Assembly (NCBI GenBank): GCA_016207405.1
Contig: JACQPQ010000053.1
Span: 8,246 to 72,245, forward strand
Origin: Gammaproteobacteria bacterium
GTDB lineage: Bacteria > Pseudomonadota > Gammaproteobacteria > JACQPQ01
Direction of reading: 5' to 3'
DNA length: 64,000 bases
Shown here: one piece after another, positions 8,685 to 18,784 of the stretch
Position numbering within the stretch: the stretch's first letter is position 1
Layout: each line of letters starts with the position of its first letter
Notes under the pieces: generated by a model
Seen by the model: the letters and a program-made list of their open reading frames with translations, nothing else
Databases searched by the model: none
Told to the model about the DNA's origin: nothing
Program-made: the position numbers and the translations under genes

Positions 8685-8878
8685 GGGTAGATTGGTGGGT
8701 GTTGTTTTGATGTCTTTGCGAGCGTCCCAAGCGACGTAGAATTTTGAGGGTAAAAATGCAGGATGCATTTTTAGTGTGCTGGAGGCAGGATGCCGACTGC
8801 GCACGGCCTGAAAAATTCAAGGAAGCGCAGGGACAACAGCGAGCAGCAGACATCAAAACAACACCTACCAATTTACCC
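8685..8878. repeat. Long palindromic MITE-like element, copy 1 (194 bp)
   Basis: 31-bp terminal inverted repeats: gggtagattggtgggtgttgttttgatgtct (8685-8715) and agacatcaaaacaacacctaccaatttaccc (8848-8878), with 2 mismatches. The internal core 8715-8773 is nearly identical to the reverse complement of 25890-25951. Confidence 0.8.
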
Positions 8879-8896
8879 ATTAGTGATGTATTACTC

Positions 8897-11503
8897 CTAC
8901 ACATGTTCCAAAATCCATTGCAGTGTGCTCGTTAAAGCTTCCGGTAGTTTAGCGGGCTCAGGGCCTCCGCCTTGGGCCATATTCACTCGTCCTCCCCCTT
9001 TGCCTCCAACATGGCTCGCTGCAAACTGTACCAGTTGGTTGGCAGGAAGGCGAGCTTGACAGCCGGCACTGACATTCCCAACCAAAATAACGGCATCCTC
9101 ATGAATGCTGGCAAGTAGAATAACCGCTTCCCCAAGGCAATTTTTAAGTTCATCAGTTAAGGCTCTAAGATGTGGAGTGTCCATGCCTGCCACCTCCGCA
9201 ACTAAAATTTTAACGCCAGATTTCTCTTTTACTTTTTGTAAAAGACTTGCCTTAGAAAACCGCATAACTTCTGTTTGAAGCCCGGCTATCGTTTTTTCTA
9301 GTTTTTTATTCTGGTCTAAAAGTTGTTTGAGCTTGTCCGGAAACTGAGGGGGGTCGATTTTTAAAAGCTCTGCGGCATCCTTTAAGAGGTGTTCCCTCTC
9401 ACTCGCTGCTGCAACTGCAGCTTCTCCCGTTAGGGCTTCTATGCGCCGAATACCGGCTGCAATACTGCCTTCAGAAATTATTTTAAAGAAGCCAATGTCG
9501 CCGGTTCGCTTGACGTGAGTTCCTCCGCAGAGTTCCAGTGAAACCTCGCCCATTTTTAAAACTCGAACTTCTGCCGCGTATTTGTTTTCGAAAAGTCCAA
9601 TCGCGCCTATCTTAAGGGCTTCTTGCGGTGTCATAAGCGATGTTTCAACGGGACTGTTCAGGCGAATCATTTGATTCACCAAAGCTTCTATAGAACGCAC
9701 TTCCTTGTCCGTGAGTGAATGGTTATACGAAAAGTCAAAACGAAGAGTATCTGGATGGACTAACGAGCCCTTTTGAAGCGCCGTATCCCCGAGAATACGT
9801 CGCAACGCCGCATGCAACAAATGCGTCGCTGAATGGTTTGCGGCTACCTTGTGTCGTTTAGTGTCGTCTACGAGCGCTTCACAGTTAACCCCTACCCGAA
9901 GTACGCCTCGCTTCACTTCTCCATGGTGACAAATAAGCGGGCCTTCTTTTTCTGTATTTTTAACCACAAATTGGCCGGCAAGGAAGTCTAACACTCCCGT
10001 GTCTCCCACTTGTCCTCCCCCTTCCGGATAAAAAGGGGTGCGGTCTAAAATCACCGTTGCCTTTTCTCCTTCCTGAATTTCTTGAACAGGACGCCCCTCG
10101 TGCGTGAGAAGAACAATACGACACGTTTGATGGAGCGTTTCGTACCCTGAAAACACGGTGCAAAAATTAGGAGGTAAGTTGTCCTCGTAGCGGACCGTTT
10201 GAACGGCTTCGAAAGTGCGTGTAGCTCGTGCACGTTCACGCTGTTTGGCCATTTCCGCTTCAAAGCCTTGGGTATCGAGGGTTAAATTCTTTTCTTTGGC
10301 AATATCAGATACCAAATCAATCGGAAACCCATACGTATCATATAAACGAAAGAGTAAATGCCCTGGAATAATAGCGCCGGAAAGGTTTGAAAGCTCAGTC
10401 TCTAAAATAGCAAGACCCTGCATTAAGGTTTTTGAGAAGAGACGCTCTTCTTGATGAAGGCATTCTTCAATGGCTGCTTGGCAGTGGATAAGTTCTGGAT
10501 GGGCAGCTCCCATTACTTTTGCGAGTGGTTTGACGAGCGAATAGAAAAAAGGACTCTGGATATTCAACTTGGCGCCGTGTCTGAGCGCCCGCCGGATAAT
10601 GCGCCGAAGAACATATCCCCGTCCTTCATTACTGGGGGTGACGCCGGAGATCATCAAAAAAGAGGAAGACCGGATATGATCGGCAATGACACGAAAAGAG
10701 GAATGTGTGGGAGAGTGAGGGGGAGCGAGGAGCGAGATTGATGCGATAAGACTGTGAAAAATATCGGTTTCATAGTTGGAGTGAACCCCTTGTAAAACGG
10801 CGGCAATGCGCTCTAACCCCATACCGGTATCGACTGATGGTTTGGGGAGGGGAACGAGGGTTAGATCTGCAAGGCGGTTATACTGCATGAAAACTAAATT
10901 CCATAATTCCGTGTAGCGATCCCCATCTTGTGTTTCACTTCCCGGTGGGCCGCCAGCAAGAGTAGGACCATGGTCATAAAATATTTCAGAGCAAGGACCA
11001 CACGGACCGGTATCCGCCATTGCCCAGAAATTATCTTTATCTTGCCCATGGGAAAATCGAGTGGGATCAATTTTTATTTCCTTTAACCAGATTTTTTCTG
11101 ATTCGGAGTCATCTTTATATACGGAGATCCAAAGTTTTTCTTGTGGCAGGTTCAGAACTTTTGTCAAAAAATTCCAGGCGAACTGAATGGCTTCTCGTTT
11201 GAAGTAATCTCCAAAACTAAAATTACCCAGCATTTCAAAAAAAGTGTGGTGGCGGTTCGTGTACCCTACTTTTTCTAAGTCGTTGTGTTTGCCGCCTGCC
11301 CGAACGCATCGTTGAGCAGAAGCCGCGCGTGTGTATGGACGGGGTTCTTTGCCGAGAAATACTTGTTTAAACTGAACCATCCCAGCATTAGTAAAGAGGA
11401 GAGTGGGATCGCTTTCAGGGACTAAGGAACTCGAAGGAACAATCGTGTGTCCCTCTTTCTTGAAGTATTCTAAGAATATTCTGCGAATGTCGTCTGTTGT
11501 CAT
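8897..11503 (-). CDS. alaS: Alanine--tRNA ligase
   Basis: Start taken at ATG 11503 (MTTDDIRRIFLEYFKKEGHTIVPSSSL). Class II motif HHTFFEMLGNFSFGDYFK. The ATGA overlap couples it to the recX stop. Confidence 0.95.
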   Translation of the reverse strand: MTTDDIRRIFLEYFKKEGHTIVPSSSLVPESDPTLLFTNAGMVQFKQVFLGKEPRPYTRAASAQRCVRAGGKHNDLEKVGYTNRHHTFFEMLGNFSFGDYFKREAIQFAWNFLTKVLNLPQEKLWISVYKDDSESEKIWLKEIKIDPTRFSHGQDKDNFWAMADTGPCGPCSEIFYDHGPTLAGGPPGSETQDGDRYTELWNLVFMQYNRLADLTLVPLPKPSVDTGMGLERIAAVLQGVHSNYETDIFHSLIASISLLAPPHSPTHSSFRVIADHIRSSSFLMISGVTPSNEGRGYVLRRIIRRALRHGAKLNIQSPFFYSLVKPLAKVMGAAHPELIHCQAAIEECLHQEERLFSKTLMQGLAILETELSNLSGAIIPGHLLFRLYDTYGFPIDLVSDIAKEKNLTLDTQGFEAEMAKQRERARATRTFEAVQTVRYEDNLPPNFCTVFSGYETLHQTCRIVLLTHEGRPVQEIQEGEKATVILDRTPFYPEGGGQVGDTGVLDFLAGQFVVKNTEKEGPLICHHGEVKRGVLRVGVNCEALVDDTKRHKVAANHSATHLLHAALRRILGDTALQKGSLVHPDTLRFDFSYNHSLTDKEVRSIEALVNQMIRLNSPVETSLMTPQEALKIGAIGLFENKYAAEVRVLKMGEVSLELCGGTHVKRTGDIGFFKIISEGSIAAGIRRIEALTGEAAVAAASEREHLLKDAAELLKIDPPQFPDKLKQLLDQNKKLEKTIAGLQTEVMRFSKASLLQKVKEKSGVKILVAEVAGMDTPHLRALTDELKNCLGEAVILLASIHEDAVILVGNVSAGCQARLPANQLVQFAASHVGGKGGGRVNMAQGGGPEPAKLPEALTSTLQWILEHV

Positions 11504-11946
11504 AAAAGAGGAAGGCGGAGTGCATACTGAATATGAGTAGACGCAAATCCTCGACTTTTCAGGAACCGCACCCATTTTGCTTTTTCTAAAAGCGAAGAGG
11601 GAGTCCCGCTTCCAAATCGTTTTTCTTTTACTTTTTTGGCAAGTTCTAACCACATGGGATCGTCCTCGTGAAGATGAGGCGTAATGTTAGAGCGAGGGAT
11701 CCCTCGCTGAAGAAGATACGACTCAATATATAAAGGCCCATAGCCCCGTTGAACTTTTGCATGAATGGTTTCTCTTATAAAACGGTCTTCGTTACACCAT
11801 TCTTGTTCCGCCAAGGCGCGGACAACCGCTTCCACTTTTGCTTTGTCTTTAAAGCGTTTTGTAAGTTTTAAACACAGCTCCTTCTTCGAATGCTCTCGAC
11901 GGGATAATAGATTGAGTGCTGCATTCCGGATAAATATACTCATCAT
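11500..11946 (-). CDS. recX: RecA regulator RecX
   Basis: 148 aa, located between recA and alaS as in E. coli. Helical-repeat protein (ALNLLSRREHSKKEL). Confidence 0.8.
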   Translation of the reverse strand: MMSIFIRNAALNLLSRREHSKKELCLKLTKRFKDKAKVEAVVRALAEQEWCNEDRFIRETIHAKVQRGYGPLYIESYLLQRGIPRSNITPHLHEDDPMWLELAKKVKEKRFGSGTPSSLLEKAKWVRFLKSRGFASTHIQYALRLPLL

Positions 11947-11950
11947 GAAT

Positions 11951-12025
11951 GAAGATGCTGCTTTTCTTCACCTCTCCCGCTGGCGGGAGAGGTCGGCGCG
12001 TTTTTTGCGCCGGGTCAGCATCTTC
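11951..12025. promoter_or_regulatory. Nested palindrome in the recA-recX spacer (attenuator/terminator-like)
   Basis: Outer 10-bp inverted repeat gaagatgctg (11951-60) / cagcatcttc (12016-25). It encloses the hairpins cctctcccgc/gcgggagagg and ggcgcg-tttttt-gcgcc. Confidence 0.4.
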
Positions 12026-12053
12026 AAGTTAATTGGGTATATCGTATTCTCGT

Positions 12054-13082
12054 TCACGCCTCGGCTTCAACTTTTTCGCTCTTTTCTGGAGAGGCTTTTA
12101 CCAGCAGCGTCTTTTGGATTTGGAGAGCGAGCGTTTGGGCAATATCCGAATGTTCTTTTAAGAAGAGGCGCGTGTTTTCCTTCCCTTGTCCCATGCGTTC
12201 CCCTTTGTAGCTGTACCACGCTCCAGATTTTTCGATTAAAGATAACTGGGTACCGAGGTCAATAATTTCTCCTTCTCGAGAGACGCCTTCTCCATAGAGG
12301 ACATCAAAATCAGCCTGTTTAAACGGTGGGGCTACTTTGTTTTTGACAACTTTTACACGGGTTTCGCTGCCAATGATGGCTTCTCCTTGTTTTATGGAAC
12401 CCAGCCTTCGAATGTCGAGCCGAACAGAGGCATAGAATTTTAATGCATTTCCACCGGGGGTCGTTTCAGGGTTGCCAAACATGACGCCAATTTTCATCCG
12501 GAGTTGGTTAATAAAGATGACTAGGGTATTGGAACGTTTGATGTTTGCGGTTAACTTTCTAAGGGCTTGGGACATCAACCGAGCTTGCAGTCCCATATGA
12601 GAATCGCCCATTTCTCCTTCAATTTCAGCTCTCGGCGTAAGGGCGGCTACCGAGTCAATTACAACGATATCTATGCTGCTTGAGCGAACCAGCATGTCGA
12701 CAATTTCTAAGGCTTGTTCCCCTGTGTCGGGTTGAGAGACTAATAAATCATCCAGATTAATACCCAGTTTTTGGGCATAGGTGGGATCAAGTGCGTGCTC
12801 TGCATCTACGAAGGCCGCTGTGCCGCCTTTTTTTTGAGCTTGTGCAATCGTTTGCAGCGCCAAGGTTGTTTTGCCTGAAGATTCAGGCCCAAAAATTTCG
12901 ACTACGCGCCCTTTGGGTAAACCTCCGACACCCAAGGCAATATCAATGCCAAGCGAGCCGGTTGAAATAACCTCCACATCCCCTATCGTTGTGTCTCCCA
13001 TGCGCATGATGGCGCCTTTGCCAAACTGTCGTTCAATTTGTTGTAGAGCAGAAGTGAGCGCTTTTTTTCGATTGTCGTCCAT
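12054..13082 (-). CDS. recA: Recombinase RecA
   Basis: Walker A motif [12 protein letters not shown], plus [14 protein letters not shown] and overall RecA sequence. Confidence 0.97.
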   Translation of the reverse strand: MDDNRKKALTSALQQIERQFGKGAIMRMGDTTIGDVEVISTGSLGIDIALGVGGLPKGRVVEIFGPESSGKTTLALQTIAQAQKKGGTAAFVDAEHALDPTYAQKLGINLDDLLVSQPDTGEQALEIVDMLVRSSSIDIVVIDSVAALTPRAEIEGEMGDSHMGLQARLMSQALRKLTANIKRSNTLVIFINQLRMKIGVMFGNPETTPGGNALKFYASVRLDIRRLGSIKQGEAIIGSETRVKVVKNKVAPPFKQADFDVLYGEGVSREGEIIDLGTQLSLIEKSGAWYSYKGERMGQGKENTRLFLKEHSDIAQTLALQIQKTLLVKASPEKSEKVEAEA

Positions 13083-13186
13083 TGTGATATCCTGTTAGAG
13101 TTTAAAAGTCATTATAAATGGAAATGTGTGAAGTAGGGAAGTTTTTATAATTTTGAACAGGAAAAACCTTAAGAGGAGTTCGCCAA

Positions 13187-13513
13187 ATGAGTACACTGAT
13201 CACCGAATTGTCTGATAATACCTTTGAACAGGAAGTCTTGAAAAACACCTTACCCGTATTAGTAGATTTTTGGGCAGAGTGGTGTGGGCCTTGTAAGATG
13301 ATTGCCCCCATTCTTCTTAAGGTAGCCGAAACTTACCAAGAGAAATTAAAAATTGCCAAACTCAATGTGGATAAAAATTCTAAAATACCTTCCCAATATG
13401 GCATTCGGGGCATTCCAACGTTGATACTGTTCAAAAACGGCCAGGTAGAAGCGACCAAAGTAGGGGCGCTTTCACAATCACAGTTGACCGAGTTTTTAGA
13501 CGGATACGTGTGA
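13187..13513 (+). CDS. trxA: Thioredoxin
   Basis: WCGPC active site, 108 aa, RBS aagaggag. Confidence 0.95.
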   Translation: MSTLITELSDNTFEQEVLKNTLPVLVDFWAEWCGPCKMIAPILLKVAETYQEKLKIAKLNVDKNSKIPSQYGIRGIPTLILFKNGQVEATKVGALSQSQLTEFLDGYV

Positions 13514-14701
13514 TTGAGCTTCTAACTCCAATGCCTTAGGCACTGAAAGCCGATACGCTAAAATAATCGCAAAAATTCCTCCCCCTAATTTCCCCGCTTG
13601 AATGGGTAAGATGAGATTGGGTTGAAAGTTAGCAGTAAAGGCTAAGTGATCTCCCAGCAAAAATGCGGCACATACCGCAAAAGCGATATTGATCACCTTG
13701 TCTTTTGGACACATATCTTTGATAAGTCTAAACATGGCTAAAATATTCGCTGCCGATGCTAAAAGCCCCGCAGCACCTGTTGCTTGGAGCCCTAAGCGGT
13801 TGCCCAACATTTGCATGGGTTTGTGAAGGGTGTGGTTAATGAGATACACCATGGGAAAAGCGCCCGATAACATAAGACCAATATAGCCAGAAATTTCTAG
13901 TGCTCTAAATTGATCAGCCTTATCGGCAACGATGGGATCAAAGCCCCAAAAACCCAAAAGGCTAGAAAACATGCCCGTAAAATATTCTACGATAGAACCC
14001 ACCAAGACTAGTTTTATTCCAGTATCTAGCGTTCGCCCGAATATCATAAACATGCGGATCATGTGATCTGGAATAAACCGCAATCCCAACGCAATTCCTG
14101 AAACAAAAATAAGCAAGGGAATGAGATTGGTGAGTACGGTCTGAAAAGAGAGAAGAAGAGCAGTGCTCGAACTTCCGGATGAGGTGATCACACTGCGGAT
14201 CTCAGGAGTTGTCAAAATCATTAAAGTACAGGCGATCAAAACACCGACCGGTATACTTAAGATCCCAGACAGAACACCCAGTGCGAGATATTTGTGGTCT
14301 TTTTTGTCTAGGAGCGCAAGCCCAACTGGAATGGAAAACACAATCGTTGCGCCGGCCATATAGCCCGTCACCATAGCGATGATCCAAGTTTCTTGAGATG
14401 AGGCGAGCGCTTTAGCCAGTTGATAGCCTCCCATATCGACGGCAATCACTGAGGTTGCTGCCATGGCGGGATCTGCACCAATCGACGCAAATAAAGGACC
14501 TACGAAAGATGAGATGGCATGAGATAGATAAGGAATAGAGGCCATGATCCCAGCGACCGGAATAAAAATATGCCCAATGGCACGAAGACCTTCTAAAAAT
14601 TCCTTGCCTAATCCTGTTTCGTCATTTCTAATGGAAGCCAGTGCTCCCAACACCGCACAGCTCATGACGAGGTAGATAACGATTTTTCCGACGACTTCCA
14701 T
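13496..14701 (-). CDS. eutH: Ethanolamine utilisation protein EutH (ethanolamine permease family)
   Basis: About 400-aa polytopic protein. Blocks [46 protein letters not shown] and [23 protein letters not shown] closely parallel E. coli EutH. Confidence 0.75.
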   Translation of the reverse strand: MEVVGKIVIYLVMSCAVLGALASIRNDETGLGKEFLEGLRAIGHIFIPVAGIMASIPYLSHAISSFVGPLFASIGADPAMAATSVIAVDMGGYQLAKALASSQETWIIAMVTGYMAGATIVFSIPVGLALLDKKDHKYLALGVLSGILSIPVGVLIACTLMILTTPEIRSVITSSGSSSTALLLSFQTVLTNLIPLLIFVSGIALGLRFIPDHMIRMFMIFGRTLDTGIKLVLVGSIVEYFTGMFSSLLGFWGFDPIVADKADQFRALEISGYIGLMLSGAFPMVYLINHTLHKPMQMLGNRLGLQATGAAGLLASAANILAMFRLIKDMCPKDKVINIAFAVCAAFLLGDHLAFTANFQPNLILPIQAGKLGGGIFAIILAYRLSVPKALELEAQSHVSV

Positions 14702-14748
14702 GACTGATCTCCTTAAATTTTGTGGACTAAAGAGTAAACTTAAACACC

Positions 14749-15771
14749 ATGACAGGTCAATTATTCAAAGTAAGATCTTTGCCTTGGCAAAAAAAATCCA
14801 TTATGGCTGTGCGGCGAGCTTTGCAACAGGGAAAGTGTGCACCCTCTTGGTTGGTGGTAGGTAGCGATGGCGTGGGACAGTATCATTTTGCATGCCATTT
14901 TGCGCATATTTTATTATGTCAGGCGAGCGCGCTCTCTCAAAAACCTTGTGGTTTGTGCCAAAGTTGTCAGTTATTTGAAACGCAGAATCATCCAGACTTT
15001 AAACTTGTTGAGGCGACAGAGTCTGCGCAGATTAAAATCGAAACGATTCGTGAGATAGGTGAAAGGGTTGCTCAAACGGCCAAGCAAGGAGGCAACAAGG
15101 TCGTCATTATTCGGGACGCTGAAAAAATGAATGCCTCTGCTGCCAATGCCTTTTTAAAAACATTGGAAGAACCTCCGGCGCATACTTATTTGATTTTAGT
15201 TTCTAGTCGAGGGCAGGCTATTCTTCCTACGGTACGGAGCCGTTGCCAAAAGATAGTTATTCCCTCTCCTTCTTTTTCCGAAGCGCTTCACTGGTTAGTC
15301 ACACAAGGCGTGGATGAAAAAACAGGGAAAGTTTTACTTAGCCTGGCACAGGGGAGTCCTTTAAAAGCGCTGGAAGGCAAGCAGAAGCCGGAGCGCTTAA
15401 ATGTGCGTTATGAGCTATTTAAAGGGCTTGATAGGCTATCCAAACAAATGGTTTTCCCGATTACGTTAGCGAAAGAGTGGGCAAACCTAAACCTCTTATG
15501 GGTGTTTGATTGGTTAGAGCTTATTGTTATGGATATGGTGCGATGCAGTTATTCCGTTTCTGAGTCACGGCTTGTTAATGGGGATAAAGTGGAACAACTC
15601 AAGACATTCATTCAGACTCCTCAAACCGATAAACACTTTTGGTTCGAACTTCTAAAAAAAATACAATTTGCAAAAGACGCTTGCAAACGGACTCCTGGTC
15701 TCGACAAACTGCTATTTTTAGAAAATGTATTAATTCTATGGTGGCGAGCGCACCATTCCCCTAAATCCTAA
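14749..15771 (+). CDS. holB: DNA polymerase III subunit delta'
   Basis: Zn module CGLCQSCQLF, clamp-loader box AANAFLKTLEEPP, SRC motif (TVRSRCQ). Confidence 0.85.
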   Translation: MTGQLFKVRSLPWQKKSIMAVRRALQQGKCAPSWLVVGSDGVGQYHFACHFAHILLCQASALSQKPCGLCQSCQLFETQNHPDFKLVEATESAQIKIETIREIGERVAQTAKQGGNKVVIIRDAEKMNASAANAFLKTLEEPPAHTYLILVSSRGQAILPTVRSRCQKIVIPSPSFSEALHWLVTQGVDEKTGKVLLSLAQGSPLKALEGKQKPERLNVRYELFKGLDRLSKQMVFPITLAKEWANLNLLWVFDWLELIVMDMVRCSYSVSESRLVNGDKVEQLKTFIQTPQTDKHFWFELLKKIQFAKDACKRTPGLDKLLFLENVLILWWRAHHSPKS

Positions 15772-15783
15772 CCCCTAACCCCT
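15760..15783. repeat. Heptamer-period repeat (cct aaatcct aacccct aacccct)
   Basis: Tandem 7-nt units fill the holB-ycfH junction. The holB stop TAA (15769-71) lies inside it, and the ATG of the next gene follows at 15784. Confidence 0.8.
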
Positions 15784-16572
15784 ATGCTTATCGATTCCCA
15801 CTGCCACTTAGACCGCTTAGATCTTACGCCTTATGGCGGAGATTTGAGTAAAGCACTCACCGCTGCTGAAGCAAAAGACGTCCGATATTTTTTAAGCGTG
15901 AGCGTCACACTGGAAGATATGCCAAAACTTCATGAATATTCTGAAAAGTTTTCGAATGTTTTTATTTCGGTTGGGCAACATCCCCATGAAGCAACCCAAC
16001 AAAAACCGGATAGCCTCTCCTTATTGCGATATGCTGAGCACCCTAAGGTGATTGCACTGGGTGAAACGGGACTCGATTATTATCGGTTGGAAGAAGAGAA
16101 TGAGAAATTGCAAGAAGAGCTCTTTCGCCTGCATATTGCGGTTGCTCGAAAGACGAAAAAACCTTTAATTATCCATTCTCGGCAGGCGCGTTTGGAAACC
16201 TTGAACATTCTGAAAGAGGAAAAAGCAAGGGACGTGGGGGGCGTATTGCACTGTTTTACAGAAGACTGGTCTATGGCTAAATGCGCTTTAGATCTTGGGT
16301 TTTATATTTCCTTCTCAGGCATTCTGACCTTCAAAAACGCAGAGGAGTTGCGGCAGGTTGCCGAGCAAGTTCCCTTAGAACGAATCCTCATTGAAACGGA
16401 TGCGCCTTACCTTGCGCCCATGCCGATGCGGGGGAAGCCCAATGAACCTCTGTATCTTCCGTATGTGGCACTCAAACTGTCAGAAATTAAGGGTCTTTCT
16501 TATGAACGCATTTCAGAACAAACCAACCGTAACTTTAGCGATTGCTTTCATGTGGAGCTGAAAAAGGTGTAG
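15784..16572 (+). CDS. ycfH: TatD-family metal-dependent hydrolase (YcfH-like)
   Basis: N-terminal DSHCHL metal motif, GETGLDYY and ETDAPYL blocks. Immediately downstream of holB, as E. coli ycfH. Confidence 0.8.
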   Translation: MLIDSHCHLDRLDLTPYGGDLSKALTAAEAKDVRYFLSVSVTLEDMPKLHEYSEKFSNVFISVGQHPHEATQQKPDSLSLLRYAEHPKVIALGETGLDYYRLEEENEKLQEELFRLHIAVARKTKKPLIIHSRQARLETLNILKEEKARDVGGVLHCFTEDWSMAKCALDLGFYISFSGILTFKNAEELRQVAEQVPLERILIETDAPYLAPMPMRGKPNEPLYLPYVALKLSEIKGLSYERISEQTNRNFSDCFHVELKKV

Positions 16573-16847
16573 GTTGGATTGATCCCACTCGGCAGTAGAA
16601 GTAGCTGCTTTACAAGCTATGTGCTCTACGCTGGCTGAAGACCTCATCAAAAAAAACCTTTTTATCTAATGTTGCTTGCCATTGATGATGTCTCTTTACG
16701 GACTCCATTCTCTGAGATGTTGTCATAGATATGAATCGATATGTTTCTATCGGGCCTAAGTTCTGATGAAGGATGTCAATGGCTTTTTATACACTAGCTT
16801 TTCCTATCCTATAAATTACGCTATTCTCAACTTATTTTTTACAGGCC

Positions 16848-18770
16848 CTAAAGATTTTCTAGCTTCCTTTTAATCTTGGCTTTGGACTTGAAATCTTGAA
16901 TAAAGAGGGCGTACCCTGTTCGCCCCCAAGACGCTTCAAGGAGTTGTCGGTATTGATCTCGCTCGGCAGTGGAGATCTCCTTCACAAGCGGGAGCGTGTC
17001 ATGAAGAATAGCCACAATCGCTTGGTCCCCCGATTCAAGAGGAACGGAACGAAAAACGCGTTTATACTGAGGTGCAGGAAGGTCAAAAACGGCTGTGCGA
17101 ATAGGAGGGGCGAGGTGTGCGTCAAAACGCCCTTCGTTCAACTGCTTTTTCCATTCAATCGACAAATGTTTACCCATTTCCCCTACTTTGTTTTCTAAAA
17201 GAGCATGGTCAGTAATGGCCGTTTGGTTGAGTTGTTGAACAACCGTCTTTGTAAATTCTTCTGCAAATTTACTTTTTTGTTGAAGCGTGAGCTCCTCCGC
17301 AATTTTAGATTTGACCTCATCATAGGGTTTTAAAGTGGAAGGCTTATGTTCCTTGATACGTAAAACAACCACATGTTCAGGCTCTATTTCGATAACCTCG
17401 CTATTTATTTTTTCTTGTAGTACGGGTGCACTAAAGGCTGCTTGCTTTAGTTTGGGAATAGAAAAAATTCCAAAAGGCTTTGTTTGACTCCAAAAAGGGC
17501 TCGTTTTTACAGTAAGCCCTAAGCTCGCGCCCGCTTCAGTTAAATCATTCGGATGTTCATATGTTTTTTCGGCCAGCTCGTCTCTTTTTTCAAAGAATAG
17601 GGCGGTTCGCTTTTCTTGTTCCAGCTGAGATTTTATGCGTTGTGCAAGTGAATCAAAGGAGGGAGCAGGCGTTGTTTTTTTGTCCACCAGTTTTAAGATG
17701 TGAACGCCATGGGATGTTTGTACAGGTTCTGAAAGTTCTCCGGGTGATTTCAATTTAAACGCGGCTTTAGCAAGGTCGGGGGGAAGCTCTTCTTCCGTAA
17801 ACCATCCTAAGATCCCTTTTTTGTTTTTTGTAGCTGCATCTTCTGAAAATTCATAGACCAATTTTTCGAAAGATTCTCCTTGTTTTAATCGTTTTTGGAT
17901 GCCTGTAATTTTTTCACTAACCGCATGAGTTATTTTGCCATTAGGCGTTAGTAAAAGAAGATGCGCTATTTTGCTTTGTCCGGCAGGAGCATACAGTTGA
18001 ACGTTTTCTTCAAAATGTTTTTTAACCTCGTCATCATTCACTTGTGGGGTAGGCAAATCAAGAGCAGAAAGTTCTAGGTATTCGAGCGCCACCTCCTCCT
18101 CTGTACTCAATAATTTTGAGTTTTGTTCGTGTTCATAGAAGGCATGGAGTGCTTCTTCAGAAAGAGTAACTTTATTTTGAAAACGTTCCTTGGAAATGAT
18201 GGCATACAACACATCTCGTTTCTGATTGAGCCGTTGGTAGAATTCTTCAAGTTCAAGAGGTGTGACAAAAGCAGTCGAGTGATAAAAATTTTGTGTTTGC
18301 TGGGCGAGAAAAGATTCTTTTATTTTTTTTATAAAACTTTGTTCAGTGAAATCATTATTCTGAAGCCATCGTTCAAAGAGCGCCCGTGAAAATTTGCCAT
18401 TGCTTTGAAAAATGGATTCTCGTGATATTCGTCCGGTAATAAAATGATCACTGATATAAAATCCTATCTTTTGAGCAGATTGCACCTGCAAACGTTCTGC
18501 AATTAATTCTTCCAATAAGTTTTTTTTGAGCGCGGTTTCACTGGCTGCATCCGTTTCTTGAGCCTTCAGTGGATCTTGGGTTCGGAGCTGTTGGTAAAAA
18601 CGGAGGAAGGTTTGTTCTGAAATATCTTCGCCATTTACACTCGCAATGGAAGGAGCTTTGGTATATCCCAAGTAATCTCCTATGCCCCAGAGCGCAAAAG
18701 GAATGGAGATCAGGATGACAATAACGTAGGCTAGCCAGCCTTTGGCGTGGTTTCGAATAGATTCCAGCAT
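16848..18770 (-). CDS. ppiD: Periplasmic chaperone / peptidyl-prolyl isomerase PpiD
   Basis: 640 aa. N-terminal membrane anchor (GWLAYVIVILISIPFALWG) and a parvulin-like segment (SHGVHILKL). Downstream of hupB, as in E. coli. Confidence 0.8.
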   Translation of the reverse strand: MLESIRNHAKGWLAYVIVILISIPFALWGIGDYLGYTKAPSIASVNGEDISEQTFLRFYQQLRTQDPLKAQETDAASETALKKNLLEELIAERLQVQSAQKIGFYISDHFITGRISRESIFQSNGKFSRALFERWLQNNDFTEQSFIKKIKESFLAQQTQNFYHSTAFVTPLELEEFYQRLNQKRDVLYAIISKERFQNKVTLSEEALHAFYEHEQNSKLLSTEEEVALEYLELSALDLPTPQVNDDEVKKHFEENVQLYAPAGQSKIAHLLLLTPNGKITHAVSEKITGIQKRLKQGESFEKLVYEFSEDAATKNKKGILGWFTEEELPPDLAKAAFKLKSPGELSEPVQTSHGVHILKLVDKKTTPAPSFDSLAQRIKSQLEQEKRTALFFEKRDELAEKTYEHPNDLTEAGASLGLTVKTSPFWSQTKPFGIFSIPKLKQAAFSAPVLQEKINSEVIEIEPEHVVVLRIKEHKPSTLKPYDEVKSKIAEELTLQQKSKFAEEFTKTVVQQLNQTAITDHALLENKVGEMGKHLSIEWKKQLNEGRFDAHLAPPIRTAVFDLPAPQYKRVFRSVPLESGDQAIVAILHDTLPLVKEISTAERDQYRQLLEASWGRTGYALFIQDFKSKAKIKRKLENL

Positions 18771-18784
18771 TAATGTAAATACTA

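Noticed and set aside
8646-8804. N-terminal extensions in the ORF track (bamD to 8804, alaS to 11653, lipoprotein to 43722, mazE from 20680, dxr from 43463, comEA to 25732, dinB to 20615)
   Set aside because: Each extension reads through repeats or spacers, or starts at TTG/GTG. Internal ATGs with an RBS give N-termini that match the family (lipobox, signal peptide, or conserved first residues).
13083-13186. LexA (SOS) box upstream of recA, and likewise upstream of dinB (20535-20700)
   Set aside because: I looked for CTGT-N8-ACAG. Only a poor partial (cttttaaactctaacag) is present, so no SOS operator can be supported. Absence of lexA control is compatible with some gammaproteobacterial lineages but is not proven here.
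16573-16847. 275-bp convergent spacer between ycfH and ppiD examined for an sRNA or gene remnant
   Set aside because: Only tiny ORFs (16-19 codons) and no convincing hairpin, repeat or promoter. Nothing is supportable from sequence alone.
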